DNA from: the human T2T-CHM13v2.0 reference genome, Homo sapiens
DNA length: 64,000 bases
Assembly (NCBI RefSeq): GCF_009914755.1
Contig: NC_060939.1
Direction: 5' to 3' (one strand)
The notes beneath the pieces are model-generated. The model did not search any database. It was given only the letters and a program-made list of their open reading frames with translations, and had not been told where the DNA came from. The position numbers were made by a program, and so were the translations under genes. Shown here piece after piece: positions 11,101 to 30,866 of the stretch. The stretch's first letter is position 1. Every line of letters starts with the position of its first letter.

Positions 11101-13881
11101 ACATAAGTTTGTTTTGAACAAAATAAACTTGAATAGCTACAGATCTTCCCTTACCAGCATCTGCCCTTAAAGTTGTGGCAATTATGTTTGAACTATGCAA
11201 AATGACAAAAACCAGAGAACAGAAAGCCCCCCAAAAACTGAGAGCTTGCATCTGACGTCGATAGACCCATTGTGGCTGTTGGGACCTTGTTGCTTCTTGG
11301 GAAAACAGTGTTCTTAGCTTGTTAAACCACTGCTGCGATGGAGTCCTTTGCTCCTGGATTTGAGCTCTGGCCTAACCCACCAGTTCACAAGCAGCTTCTG
11401 AGTACCAGCAGAAACCAGACTGTAAAGGGTTGTTTTGTTGGGGGGATAAAATAAAATGAAGCTTTTACCAAGAATGTCATTTTTCTGACCTTACTTGAAT
11501 ATATGAGCTGCAGGTCCTGCTGTATTTTTTTGGTTTGTTTTGTAGGGATAGGAAGACAATTTTCATTGGTGCTGAGGCCATTCTTAGTATAATCCTTGTT
11601 TTTCCCATCAGACACTTTCAAAATAAAGAAATAAATTAAACAGTTAATACCCCTCTCCTCTTACCTCGCATTATTCCTCTCCATGCCTTTTTTCTTAGAG
11701 AATGAATCATGGCCCCAAGCTGCCTCTGTGTGCCCCAGCATCCCTACTGAATGTCACCCCGCCAGTGCCTTCAGCTGTGTACCTCTCATGGTAGGACACG
11801 ATTACTCCTCCAGATTCCAGCAGCCGACTTTCCTCTAGGAAATTTACCTCCTTACTGGGGCTTTGTGCACAGTGAAAACTCCAAGCGTCAAAGCAGAATG
11901 GCTGGCTTTGTGATCAGAGGCGGTGGCAGAAGCCTGGCACAGTGTCCAGATGCCACACACAAGCAGCAGGCTGATGAGTTACTTATTGGCCCTCACATAG
12001 TATGTTGCATCTGAGGTGACACTTCATAAATGTGACCTCGTTTATCTTCCCGATGCCCTTCAGAGGCAGGGAATCCCATAAAGTCCGCCCAGGAAGAATT
12101 TGTGGTTCTTTAGCAGCCTTCCCTCCAGCTGCTTCCTGAGCAGCAAGGAGGAACCCATTGAGAGGTTTCACGTTTTATCTTATTCTGTAACTTCAGCTTT
12201 AAGGACTACGTCCTATGTTTACCACCATCGTGACTCATTCTGCAGACATTTAGTGTTCCCTGTGCTGGGCACTGGGAGACTGACCTCAAAGCCAGTGGCC
12301 ATGCCATTAAGCAGCCCCAAGAGAGCTGGAGAGCACGGAGAAAGCTTTCTCTCCCAATTGAAGAGAAGGCTTCCTGGAGGAGCTGTGGCTGGAACGACCT
12401 CAGGAAGGATGAGGAGGAGTCAGCAAGGGGAGGCAGAGGAGGGCAGGTTAGGGGGAGGCTGGGAGCTGAGCAGGAAAGTGAGGCCACATTAGGAGCCAGA
12501 GGCCATATCACAGAGGACCTTCCTCATCTGTCATGTTGAGGAGTTTGGACTTGATCCTCAAGTTGAAGGAGATCTCCTTTCAAGATTTACGTGGCAAGGG
12601 TTTTACCTGCTCCTTCACTGCCTTTTCTCCCTCTCTCCCCAACACCAAAAAAAAAAAATATATATATATAATATAATATATATATGTGTATATATATCAC
12701 TTTTTTACTAGTTCAGTTGCTTAAAAGGCCTGACATTCTGTAATTTTTGCTATATAGATGAATGAATGAATGATTTATCTTTGGACTGTCTTGGTATGAA
12801 TGACCACATGTGTATAACTGAGTAGATGATTTCACATTCCCCAGCAGTGGGGCAGAAAAGGCCATTTAATCAAGGCAGAACAAAGCAATTCCCACTTGTC
12901 TGAGAGAGGGCCCAGGCTGTGAGACTTCCTTTCCTTGCCATTCCATTTTCCAGAGAAGAGTGGGATTCTAACGCCGTGTTTCATTGTCCCAGCTTTGGGG
13001 CACTTCATAAATCAGAGACAGTTGGTCTTCCTTGATAAAATGGAATGGTTTTAACTGAAACAAGTGTAAAACAAAAGAAAGATGGATTTGGGGGACTGTT
13101 CAGAGAAGGAACAAAGAAGGGGTCCGGGTTGCTGGAGCTGTGCATTTCACATGCTTGTTTATAATTTAGATGCAGGGCTTTGGGGCGATCAGGTAATTCA
13201 CAGTAAAGATCAGAGAAAATGTGCACAGCGTATAGGATATGAAGGGAGGGAAAAGGCCCATTGCTTTGACAGCAGTTTCCTTGTCTCTGCATCACAAGAC
13301 AGAGCTCTCTGCATGAACGCTTCCCCAGCCCTTCTTAACAGACCTCCTCCCACTGTGCAGGGAGTCGTCCTGAGCTGAGTGTGAGCCAGGGCACTCTCCG
13401 CTTCTCAGGGCAGTTCTGTTTTGTATGTCAAGCACTTACTAAGATAACTAATGAAACTCTCCCACCAAGATTTTCTGGATATTTCCCAAGTTATTCAGAT
13501 TTTTTGAACCCGCTGAGGGCATAGTGTCAGATGTTTGTCTTCTACTGTGGGTTGTCAGTGGGCACTGGACCTAGAATCAACCAGCTGTTCCAAGGAGTTG
13601 GGGTGAGCAGTGCATAGAGGACAATCACTTTTTAATGGTAGGGAAATTGGAAATAAGTGTGTGTGATTTCTAATATTCCAATCCCACCCCCAAAGCTGAT
13701 CCCTTCAAATTACTGCACCATCACTCAGATTCAGAAGTTCCCCTGCAACCTAAAGTAAATCTGAGTTTTTCTTGTCAGTGCTCCATATTTTGAATATGAA
13801 TATTGTCTATCATATGAGTTTCGATCCAGTACCCTGTCTCACTTCTGGCAGAAATAAAATCTGAAGAATAAAATCAAATCT

Positions 13882-14550
<669 letters not shown>

Positions 14551-14817
14551 AGTTAACCCCACATTTTATATAAAGGGAAACTGAGGCCCAGAATGAGAAA
14601 AGATATTGCCCAAGGACACTCTGCTGGTCAGGCTGCCAGCTGCAGTGGGTCTGAAACCTCGTTTCCTGATGCCCAGAGAGAAGGGTGCCTTTCAGAGACA
14701 ACAGGAACAATTAAGAATTTTTAGGGCGCCAAATCACTTTTGAAATATGAAAACTGAAATGGCTGAAAAAAGAGAGAACATTTTCAAAATGGCTTTCTGA
14801 CTCTGGGTAAACAGTAA

Positions 14818-15048
<231 letters not shown>

Positions 15049-15309
15049 TAAGACTGTAAAGTTTCTATTGAGGATTAGTCTACACAACCTTGGATTCTAG
15101 TTTTGGGTCAACTGGGGCCAATTTAAATACTTTGCATCTCCTGTGTTGGTTTAGAAAAGTGCTCCTACGGTTTTCTTTTTCAAATGTTGCCTAAATATTT
15201 ATCTTACACCCAGCCTCTTAAGTAAATAAGAACCTAGCATGCCAAGCATGGCATGGGAAGCTCAAGATTCTGGGCCTTTTTTTACACTACAAACTTCTCC
15301 TGAGAGGTG

Positions 15310-15500
15310 GGCTTTGGAATCAGATTACCTGGGTCTGGACCCCATCCATGACCTTGAGCAAGGTTCTTAAACCCACCAAGGCTCGTTTCCTCACTTACCT
15401 ACCTTACAGGGTCATTGGGTGGATTCAATGAAATACAGATATGAAAGTTTCTACCACAGAACCTTACACAAAATCATCTTTAATAAGTGTTAGTTTCTCC
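15310..15500 (+). mobile_element. MIR
   Basis: ggctttggaatcaga...tgaccttgagcaag...taataagtgttag. Confidence 0.65.
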
Positions 15501-15949
15501 TTCTGTTTTCTAGGAGAGCAAAAATGGTCTCGCTTCCAGTTCTGAATATAGCATTTCCAAACAAGGGTTTTCTACAATCCAGGAACAAAGCGAGCCTCCA
15601 TTCCTTTCATCCTCCTCCTCCTACTTCATCCTCATTTCCTAACAACATTGGGTGGTCTATGAATGAGGGAATGAATGGAGTGAATGATGCCTGTCTACCG
15701 TCTCAGAGGTCCCTGTCAGATGTTACACAGAGGCACACCTATGCAACGGCCCTCAGTCTCTAGGAGGTTACAGTGCAAGACATCTTACATGCTTACCCAC
15801 ATGCACAAGAAGAAAGGGTTAGTATAACAGGCCAGAGAAGGTATCTTTCCACTGCTGTCAAGTGATAATAATAATCTCAGCAATAATCAATAATGATAAG
15901 ATAATGTCATGTCAGATGATAACAGCAGCAGCAATAGCACAGTGATGAT

Positions 15950-16130
15950 AATAATAGTGAGCTTAGATAGTGCTTATTATGGGCCAGGCACTCTTCTAAG
16001 TATATCTATGTTAACTTTTCAAAGCTTCCTACCCATCCTATGAGGTGGGCACCATTATCACCCTCATTTTATAGAGGTGGAAAACTGAAGTACAAAAGAT
16101 TAACCCCAAATCACTCTGCTAACACGTAGA
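15950..16130 (-). mobile_element. MIR
   Basis: gccaggcactcttctaag...ctatgaggtggg...cattttatagag. Confidence 0.7.
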
Positions 16131-16504
16131 AGAGCCCATGAAAAGCTACCTCCGTGCTGCTCCAGGAGTCTTGGGCAGAGCCAGTAGTTACATTTATCAG
16201 GGCTTATTGTAGCTCAATGTATGAGAGTGTATGAAAGGACAGATCTGTTGGTTATTGGAATATACTGGCTGGGCAGGGTGTATTGGATACCCTGATAATG
16301 AATTATTTAAGCAAGGGGTTGAATGGCAGCCATCTAACAAGATTGCTGGAAAGAGATTCTTTGCAGGGGACAGTTGTGCTAGACAAGTTCCAATGTCCTT
16401 TCAACTCTAAAATTTTGTGATTCTGTAAATTTCCACATGTACCCACTGATAGACAAGTAAGGAAAGTCAACCCCATGCATAAATGGAAGAAAATCAAGTG
16501 GCTA

Positions 16505-16505
<1 letters not shown>

Positions 16506-16553
<48 letters not shown>
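16506..16553. repeat. (CA)24 microsatellite
   Basis: Read directly. Confidence 0.97.
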
Positions 16554-16554
<1 letters not shown>

Positions 16555-16577
16555 GATCAATAATAGGGTGTTTTTAC

Positions 16578-16878
<301 letters not shown>

Positions 16879-17554
16879 TAATAAGGTTTTTTTTTTTTTT
16901 AAGTTATCGGGGGAAGACCATGATGATCTCCAGGCCCGTCCAGGTCATTAGGAAATTTCCAGATCTTCCAGCATCTGCCTGCAAAAGCCTCCCTCTAAAC
17001 TATTTCTTTTCATGTGAGTTTTGTAGATGAGAAAGGCTTTCCCAGCGACTGTCTCATCTGAGCTGTATAACCACAAGCTAAGGCTTCACCTCTACCTCCT
17101 GTTCATCTTTATCCTGCTTTCTCAGCCATGCTTATTTATGGAGAGCAGTACAAGCCTTGTTAACTTAATTTTCTTCATGAAGACACTGAAGCTCAGAGAT
17201 TGGAGGGGACTTGGGGAAAATCACACCACAAATAAGTGGTAAATGGAACACAAAGTTAGATCCTACAATTTTAGTACATTTAAAAAACCTGGTTCTTGAA
17301 AGTCATGTGTTTTCAAAGCTTCTGCCTTTCTCTCGACCCAGTGCATACAGCAGGCCCTGCATCAATGGTCCCTAACTGAGCCAGGGTGTCTCCCAGGTTT
17401 CCCAACTCTAAGGTCACCATCTCCCTCCCTCCAGCTTCCACCATTGCCTGTTTCATTCCATTTATGTTCTCTCCAGTGTGCTTATGGCCACAAAATGTGC
17501 TAGGGTTTGATTTCTAAATTGTCATAGGATTATATCAGAAGCAATACTTTTTCA

Positions 17555-17845
<291 letters not shown>

Positions 17846-19039
17846 TGATGCTGAGAAGATAGTGCAAGTAAGCTACTTTGAAATAAAATACCCAAGTAAT
17901 CTTGTAAGTTATGAATGATAGTGTGTTTCCACTGAAGCACTATCTTTCAAAACATAGGTGACGGCTAAAGGCACAAAGTTAACCAAAGCATAGAGACTCA
18001 CTAGGTTTTTTACTTCTGTAGATTTTTGTCATTGTTGTTTTGTTGCATTTACCTTGCTAAATCCCCAGCAACTGGTATTTAGGTGTAGCACACACGAGTA
18101 GGCCTCATTTGAAGAAAAGCATGTCTCAAACAAACCAAACAGAAAAATTAGGATTTGAATATGTACACTCCAAAATCGGTTTTCCTTTTGAAACTTGGTG
18201 TTTGTTAGGACTACCTCTGACCAAATTTATAGACATTTAAGGAAAGTGCTTTTTAGATGAAGTAACAGATGACTGCATTTGAAAACTGCTCATTTTTTTC
18301 TTTGTATGCTATTCAAAGTCTGTGGCTTACACCTGTAGGCAGAGGTCACACTTCTCCCAGCCCCCAGCAAATTTGTGAAATACAGGCCAAGTTTCTCTTA
18401 GTGCTGTCAGGTTCTAGACGGCACCCTATCTATGGAACACTTTGTTGTTTTTACTTTTAAATTATTTAACTCTTTACAAATAATATCTTAAAGTTTTTCT
18501 CTACAAAGAGGACATATACAGTAAGATTTGTAAGTTGGGCCTAAAAACAGAAGATTGGGGCTATGTAATTTTTGTGGACACCACTGAGATAGCCCACAAA
18601 TTAGCCAGAAAGATGTTATTGCTGTGCTTGAACACCAGACTTGCCTCTATGATTTTTGGCATTCAAAGCAAAGGGTAAAATGTAATAAATTATAAAGCTC
18701 TCATTATCAGCAGAGAGAGCATATGTGTTCTTCAAACACGGCAATATCTCTTGGTTCTATATTTTTAAAAATGTTTTATAACTGGCTTTATATAGAAGTC
18801 CTTTGGCTGACATGATGGTCAATGTTCTCTCTGCCCACAAAAAGCCCAAACCTGTCAAACCTTCAAAAAGCAGTGAAGTTTACCAAAAAGAGCACACTGG
18901 TAATCAAGATGTCAACTGTGGACTATGGGCCGTTAATTCCCCATGAGGGATTTGACCATAATTCTTGGGTTCCCTGTTTAATAAGTGGGCATAGACCCAG
19001 TGATCCTCACAGTGTCTTCAAATTATAATCAGAATCAAA

Positions 19040-19584
<545 letters not shown>

Positions 19585-19789
19585 TGAATGGATGCCATAC
19601 GAAATGCTAAAATATGTAATGACTCCGCACCCTACACACCTACAGTACAACAGGGCATATGAGGGCTCTTCTAAAATGCACTGATTCTCTGATGAACTTG
19701 CTCTAAATTCAACACCTATATGGCCCATGCGAATCCAAGTGGGACCAGGCTTTATGTCTGGAAATACAGGGCCAGGGTTGTCTCGTTCA

Positions 19790-20134
<345 letters not shown>

Positions 20135-21284
20135 TCACAGTTCACAGCTCTTTTGATTAGGCCCTCAATTCTGTCCATTAGTGTTATCCCTATGTATCAT
20201 GAAACTATTTTATGCCATCCAGGGAGTGGAACCGGTCTAGAGCCTGTTTTATATAGAAAATCAATCACTAGAAAGGAGTTAAGAGTTCACATTTCTGTTC
20301 CTTTTCTTATCAGACAACTTAGATTATCTCATTTTTTTCTTTAAAAAACGTACTGAGAGATACCTCATAAATATAAAAAGGTCTAAATAATAATATAATC
20401 AATATCATGTGCCCCTGCCCAGCTTAAGAAACAAAGTGGTGTCAATGCCACCTGCAGTCCTGTGTACTCCTTGCCAAGCACATGGCTCTTCCTCCTCCTA
20501 GAGGCCAGGAGGAAGCTACTGTCTCATACCTGGGGTTTTAATTCCCTTTCATCTCTATGCTTTCATCACACATGGATACACCCAAAAATAATGTAGAGTT
20601 TTATTTTGCATGTTTTTAAGAATTTTGTAGATCATAACATTCTATCTATTATTATTTTACTGTATGCTTTTGTTTAATATTCCATTTGTGAGATTCTTCA
20701 TGTGCATAGGTATGGTGCTGAGATATACTATTCAGGATAAATCATCTTTAACCTTTTTCACTTTGCTTTTCCCACCTAAAAGTATAATGTTAAAGTTCAC
20801 TACTATTTCACAGGACTCGTGTTTTAAAATGTCCGGTTGCTCCTCTCTTAGTGCTGCATGTCCAGACCTCTGTCTAAAGGGCGAAATGACCTCCTGGCCT
20901 TCCTCTCTCGATATCGCGATATCCTCTGGTCATCCGCATTGTACATATACTTTGGTTGTTTTAGGATCATTATTCTCAGTTTTACAGTTCTCCATTTCAG
21001 TCAGATGATGGTTTCAAAGTGAGAGTTTATGTTTTTTGGCAGTTTTCAGCTTGTTCAATAATCATTTTCCATTTGCCTTCCTGGGCCCTCCATTGGTTTT
21101 ACATTCTGTTCTCAGGCCTGTACATTGAGAGGGAAAAGAACAAACTGAAGGTCATTCAGAACTCTCCCTGTGGTGGAGGCAGGACAGAAACAATGCTCCC
21201 TGGGGAAATCTGGATGGCAGGGATGCAGGGGGAGGAGGAGCCAGGGGAGGCTGCCCTCCCCAAGTATTTGTTGTAAGAAAGATT

Positions 21285-21879
<595 letters not shown>

Positions 21880-22209
21880 GGAAGAAGGAGAGTGAGAAAG
21901 AGAAAGGTAAAACTGTGGTCCCTGGGACAATAGGAAGGATGGAACTATGGAGACAGTTGACTTGTGGCTTTTATTTATTTGAGTTTGGTATAAGGAAACT
22001 TGCACACAGCAGTCAAAAGGATCTTCTCCAAACACGATGCCAGTCCTTCCTTGGGCTTACCACCCTTCTGGGCTTCTGGCTGAAAGGTCCCACCCTTCAC
22101 TTGGCTGGTTCCATGTACCTGGCCAGTCTTGTCTCACCCTAACTTGCCCTCTGTTTTGTTCTGGTCCATCCACACACCCTGTCTCATTCCCTCTTACTCA
22201 TCATATTCC

Positions 22210-22606
22210 CTCTACCACAGGGCCTAAACATGCAGTTCCTCCACCTTAAATGCTCTTGCCTTTTCTTTTGACCTAGTTAGCCCCTTTTCCAGCCATCACA
22301 TTTCAGCTCAAGCCACATTGACTGAAGCGCTTCCTGACCTTCCTGACAAAGTCAAATTCTCCTTTTTTAGGTTTTCATATCATTGTGTAGCTGTGTGTGA
22401 GCATTCCTCGTACCACTTATCTCAGTTACAAATTTAAACTTATTTACATGACTATCTGATTAATATTTTTCTCCTCCTATTAATTGTAAGCTCTTTTAAG
22501 CGATGTGCTGTGTTTCTTTTTGCTCCCCCACTGTATTCTCAGCACTTACTTCTGTCCTGGCACAAAGTAGGTATTCAGTAAATATTTGTTGACTGAATGA
22601 ATGAAC
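22210..22606 (+). mobile_element. L2 3' end
   Basis: cctggcacaaagtaggtattcagtaaatatttgttgactgaatgaatga terminus. Confidence 0.8.
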
Positions 22607-22780
22607 AATGGAGGAGTTCTAGCAGATGCTGGATGGTATTGCAAGGCTTTTGAAGAAGGAGCTCAAACATTCATTGGATGAATGGGATAGATAGATATTA
22701 GATTCTCTGATTTTATCATACTATGAATTTTCCTTGTCCCTTCCCATAAATACTTCAGTATATGATCATTTGTGTTATAG

Positions 22781-22903
<123 letters not shown>

Positions 22904-23331
22904 TAGCCATTTTGCAAGTGGTATCACTTCAGAAAACATCTTAATTTTTTTTCTAATTGACATGCCTTGTGATGCCATTGAAGCGACTGGCAGGCATATT
23001 ATCAACCTCTCATTTTTTGTCAGTCTAACAGGTTAAAAATTTTTTGTTTTATTCAGCATTTCTTTGATTATTAGTGAAGATCCACACCTCTTCATATGTT
23101 TGTTTGCCCATTTATATATCTTTTCTTAATTGCCTAATCATATCTTTTGCCCCAGTTAAATTGGACTATAACACAAATGTTGATTTGCTGGAGCTCTTTG
23201 TATATTGGAAACTGTCATTCTTTGACTATTATACATCTTGTAAATACCTTCTCTCAGATTGTCATTTGTGGCTTTCCTCTCTCTCTTTTTATTTTTGGCC
23301 ATGTTTCTCCACCATAAAAATTACTATTTCT

Positions 23332-24420
<1,089 letters not shown>

Positions 24421-24570
24421 TAAAAGTAAATATCTTGATGGATATCCTGCTTACTCTGATTTGGGGTACAATTACAATGTATCCACATTGTATGCATGTA
24501 TCAAAATAGCACATGTATGGCCAAAATATATATAACTATTACATATCAATAAAAAATACCAAAAAAAAAC
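24421..24570 (+). mobile_element. L1MA-type 3' end fragment
   Basis: tgatggatatcc...tgtatgcatgtatcaaaat...tatcaataaaaaa. Confidence 0.6.
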
Positions 24571-24588
24571 CCAACCTCATACTCATTA

Positions 24589-25032
<444 letters not shown>

Positions 25033-25037
25033 CTAGA

Positions 25038-25118
25038 GCAGGAGTTGGTAAACAATGGCCTACAGGCTAAATCTGACCCAGCATTCATTTTATGTAAATA
25101 AAGTTTTATTGGAACACT
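25038..25118 (+). mobile_element. MER58-like hAT DNA transposon fragment
   Basis: caggagttggtaaac...ggctaaatctg...gtaaataaagttttattggaacac. Confidence 0.65.
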
Positions 25119-25369
25119 AAAAAATAAATAACTTCTCCAACAATGAGAAACTTGAGTCTTTATCCCTCAATATAGTTACTTCTTTGCTTAGTCAGTTTAC
25201 TTATTTGTTTAATGTAACTAATCTCCCAACCACTCCTGCCATCTTCTTTGCCTACTCTATCTGTGCCCTACCCCTCCATGCCTCATGTGCTTGGATCCCA
25301 ATCCTGTCATTTGTGTTTTATTTGTAATACTCTTCATCATACTAAAGTTTCATATAGTCAAATCCAGCT

Positions 25370-25515
25370 GTTTTTCTTTTTTCTTTTCTTTTTTTTGTAG
25401 AGATAGGGTCTCACTATGTTGCCCAGGCTGGTTTTGAACTCCTGGCCTTGAGCCATCCTCCTGCCTTGGCCTCCCAAAGTGCTTGGATTACAGGTGTGAA
25501 CCACTGTGCCTGGCC
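25370..25515 (-). mobile_element. FLAM / Alu left monomer
   Basis: Single monomer with T tail. Confidence 0.88.
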
Positions 25516-25828
25516 TCCAGCTCTTCTTCTAAATTGCTATATTACCTTGAACTTATCACTTTCCCTCATTTTCAGTTTTCTCAGCTATAAAATGAGGAGG
25601 TTAGCTTATTTTGCATCTGAGGTAACCTACAGTTCAAAACAGTCTTTATTTCAATAACATTTTAAAGCACTTATTTTCTGTATCAGCAAATTCAAATGTT
25701 AATAATAATCATCCACTTTAAAAAAATTATCACCAGGAAATAATCACAAAGATTTAAATACACATATATTAATCACATCATTATTAAGAATAGCAAAATA
25801 TTTCAAGTAGTCTAAATTCCAATAATAG

Positions 25829-26125
<297 letters not shown>

Positions 26126-26385
26126 TCCAACTATAGAGAATATTTAGAGCAAATTATGATAGTTCAATGAAATTGCATACTATGAAGACATTAAAACTAA
26201 TGTTTTTAAAGAATATTTAACAGGAAACTTTATAGAATAGATAAAGGTAAAAAGCAGATCACAAGCAATATATGCAATATGATAATTTTATAAAAAGAAA
26301 AAAATATATAAATGCAGAGTTAAAAGAACCTAAAGATATATACTAAGATGTTACAAGTCATTATTTCTGGACAGCAAGATTGAAG

Positions 26386-27175
<790 letters not shown>

Positions 27176-27231
27176 GAGGGTGGTTGCTATTTTGTTCTTT
27201 GTGTTTTCTGCAAAAGTAAACATGTATTATA

Positions 27232-27541
<310 letters not shown>

Positions 27542-28729
27542 TTATATTTCTAATCAGAAAAAAATACATGAATAACGATAACAAAAATTTGTATAGAATG
27601 TTATTGTTTGCAAAGCACTTTCACATACATGATCTTACTCACATACACACAGGTCTTACAATAAGACATGGGAAACAGAAAACTGAGGTGACTGCATCCA
27701 TTTCAAATTCATGCCCATTGGCCCCAGCTGGGCCCCATAATTTACCATGCTGACGCAGGAGGGGCAAAGGGGACTGGGGGCCAAGGCAAAATAGATAAAA
27801 TGACAGCAATGCCTCAAGGACAGTCCCACAATTGTGAATCAACTCCAGAAAAGAAAGTGGAGAATTCTTTCTAGACCTAAGGAGATGAGAATGAGGTTCT
27901 AGCAGAATAGAAGAAGTTGTGGAAATGTAAGACTTAAATATTGGAAGCATCAAGTAGAACACACGGTCATTTTGTAATCAAGGAAGAAGGGGCTGGTCCC
28001 TGGGAAATGGAGATGGTGGAGCATGGTCTAAGATTACTCCTGCCAGTGGATTTAGGTCCAGGATTTTGGTACCCTAGAAATGGGGAAATTCTAGGCCTTC
28101 AGAGATGGCACGCAGAGTACATGGCACTCCAGAATACACAGAGCTACAAGGCAGCCATGTTGGAGATCTGACCTTCCCACATAAGGATAATATTATGTAA
28201 GGGGATCCAAGCAGTAAACAAATAGCAGCAAAAGCTATTTCCAAATCCTGATGGGTCCTGGAGCCAGGATCAATGATAAACAGTATCTAGTAGGTTCTAG
28301 GAGGGATATGAAGTACTTACTAAAGGCTTTAAGTTGAGGAGGATGACAAGTTCATTGAACAAACACCTTCAGAGGACCTACTCTGGCTTCCTGTTAGGTG
28401 CTGTGGAAATAAACAAGACATCTTCTGTATCATGACAAAGCTTATTTCATATCCATCGTCCCATTTTATTTGCTATACATGCACACAATTGTTTTATACT
28501 TGTATTGATTCATAGGTATAAATATTGCCTCCATGAGATTTTTTTAATCCTTTAGAAAATGTACTAGGCCTTGAATTTTTTTTACCTCTTCATAATGTCT
28601 AACACAATGATGGTCATATTTGGCCAGCCACCTGATTATTATTTGTTGATTTATGGACTTTTGGAACTTCTAGATGATCCAGATCTTTTGTAGTTAATTA
28701 CTCACTTTGGGGAAACTCTAAAAAAAACA

Positions 28730-29110
28730 AGTGTTTATTGAGCATCTATTATGTATAAGCCATAATGCTAGGTGCTAGAGAAGCTACAAAGATGCAAAAG
28801 ACATGGAAGTGCCTGCCCTTAGGGAGTTCACATTCTAGTTGGGAAGATAGGCTTGAAAAATGAGTAGCAAGGAAAGGCTTAAGTGACAACTACGTAGAAC
28901 AATAAAAGAGACATCAAAAAGGTAATGTCAGTTTAACGGCCAAATGATTTTTCTACATGCATTCAGACAAGAGAAAGATCCCTTCTGTTGGGAGCAATCA
29001 AGAAAGGTTTTGCAGAGAAGGTGGGATTTGAGCCGAAAGAAAATTAGGATATGAGGAGGGTAAGAAAGAGTGTATTCCAAGTGAGAAACAGGCTCACTTG
29101 GTGGGAAAGA
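28730..29110 (-). mobile_element. L2 fragments
   Basis: tttattgagcatctattatgt...cctgcccttagggagttcacattctagttggg. Confidence 0.6.
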
Positions 29111-29306
29111 GTGGTGGGAAAAAGCACAGAACACATATGGATAAAAATGATGATCTAAGTCTTACAAATATCATGTTGGATTCACCTCAAGTAAATATAC
29201 ATTTATATAGCAATTCTCCCATTCCTGTTCCTCATATAAAAGTCTCTAAACAAATAGATTGGCAAAGATGCTCTATATGAAAATTCCCAAATTAAAAAAT
29301 TCTTTC

Positions 29307-29648
29307 AGAACAAGATCATGTCCTGCATTTGCAGGGACATGGATGTAGCTGGAGGTCATTATCCTTAGTAAACTAACACAGGAACAGAAAACCAAATACT
29401 GCATGTTCCCACTTATAAGTGGGAGCTAAATGATGAGAATACAGGGACACATAGAGGGGAACACCACGCACTGAGGCCTATCAAAGGGTGGAGGGTGGGA
29501 GGAGGGAGAGAATCAGGAAAAATAACTCCTGGGTACTAGGCTTAATACCTGGGTGATGAAATAATGTGTACAACAAACCCCCATGGCACAAGTTTACCTG
29601 TGTAGCAAACCTGCACACGTACCCCGAACTTAAAAGTTAAAAAAAAAC
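29307..29648 (+). mobile_element. 5'-truncated old L1PA 3' end
   Basis: cacaggaacagaaaaccaaatactgcatgttc...gggtggagggtgggaggagggag...aacctgcacacgtacccc. Confidence 0.85.
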
Positions 29649-29843
29649 ACACATTGTTCTTTATATTTCACAGGAAATTGAATAGATATAAGGTTCATTA
29701 ATTATCATAGAATTTAGTTGAACATTTCCTACCAATATCAATAGTTTTTTAGATTGTAGCCTCTTGTTTCTTGAGGAGCATGGTGATCTGGCTTTTACCA
29801 AATAAAAGCTTCAGGTGATGGAAAAAGGAAAAAAAGTTCTTTT

Positions 29844-30058
29844 AGCCTGGGCATCAAGACTCATCTCTAAAATTAAAAATAAAAAATTAGTTGGGCATGG
29901 TGGCACACATCTGTAATCCTACCTACATGGGAGGCTGAGGCAGGAGGATCACTTAAGCCCAGGAGTTGGAGGCTGGCTGCAATAAGCTAGGATCTCGCCA
30001 CTGCACTCCAGCCTGGATGACAGAGCAAGACCCTGTCTCAAAAATAAATAAATAAATT
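29844..30058 (+). mobile_element. 5'-truncated AluJ
   Basis: End of left arm, linker, right arm, (AAAT)n tail. Confidence 0.88.
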
Positions 30059-30774
30059 AACTCTTATTTTAGATAATTGTGAACTTTGAAACAACAATCT
30101 GTATTATAAGCATTGATAGTTAATACTTTTTTTGAAAAAGGAAATTAAAGAAAATCCAAGCTTTAAGAAGAATTGATATGAAAACTAGCTATTGGAGAGT
30201 AGTAATGGCCCTTCCAAAACATAAAGTTAGCTACAGAAAGGAAATAAGACTTGTCACAAAGTACAGATTGTGAGGAAAGATGAAAATGGAGGCCCTGATA
30301 TATACCGCAGTATATCCCATAAAGTCTGAAAACGATTTTTAAGAGTTTCTAAATACAGAATATCAGCCTAGAATAAAAAAAAATCTGAAAATATTTTCAT
30401 TGCAATGGCAATGGGTTCTGGCCCCAGTCTTTCCACTAACTAGTGTGATACTGTAGACAATTCACTTGACCAATCTGAGCCTTGTTTTTTTGTTATCAAC
30501 TGGTAAATTCCTGCCCTCTTCCTCACAGTATGTTCTGAGAGGCTAAGCAGATATAAGGTGATGTTCTTATTAAATCAAATGGCATAACCACATGTAAAAC
30601 TGTCACAGGAGCCCTCAGCAGGTGCTCAAACTGTGAGTTGAATCAGAATTGAATTAGCATTATTTTTAAAAGTCACTGAGCATTATCATCATCTCAAAGT
30701 GATATATAAGCATCAAAAATGAATACATTTATTTCAGAGAATGGAAAAACCAAAGTCTACAGAAATATCATAAT

Positions 30775-30866
30775 TCCTTCTTGTTCACTGCTGTATACCC
30801 AGCACCTAGCACCCTGTCTAGCATATAATAGATGTTCAATAAATATTTATTTAATGAATGAATGAA
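30775..30866 (+). mobile_element. L2 3' end
   Basis: tgttcactgctgtatacccagcacctagc...aataaatatttatttaatgaatgaatgaat. Confidence 0.8.

Noticed and set aside
12100-12511. Overlapping 130-aa and 101-aa ORFs and a G-rich tract
   Set aside because: No convincing splice sites or homology; partly L2-like; IQCH exon phases do not call for it
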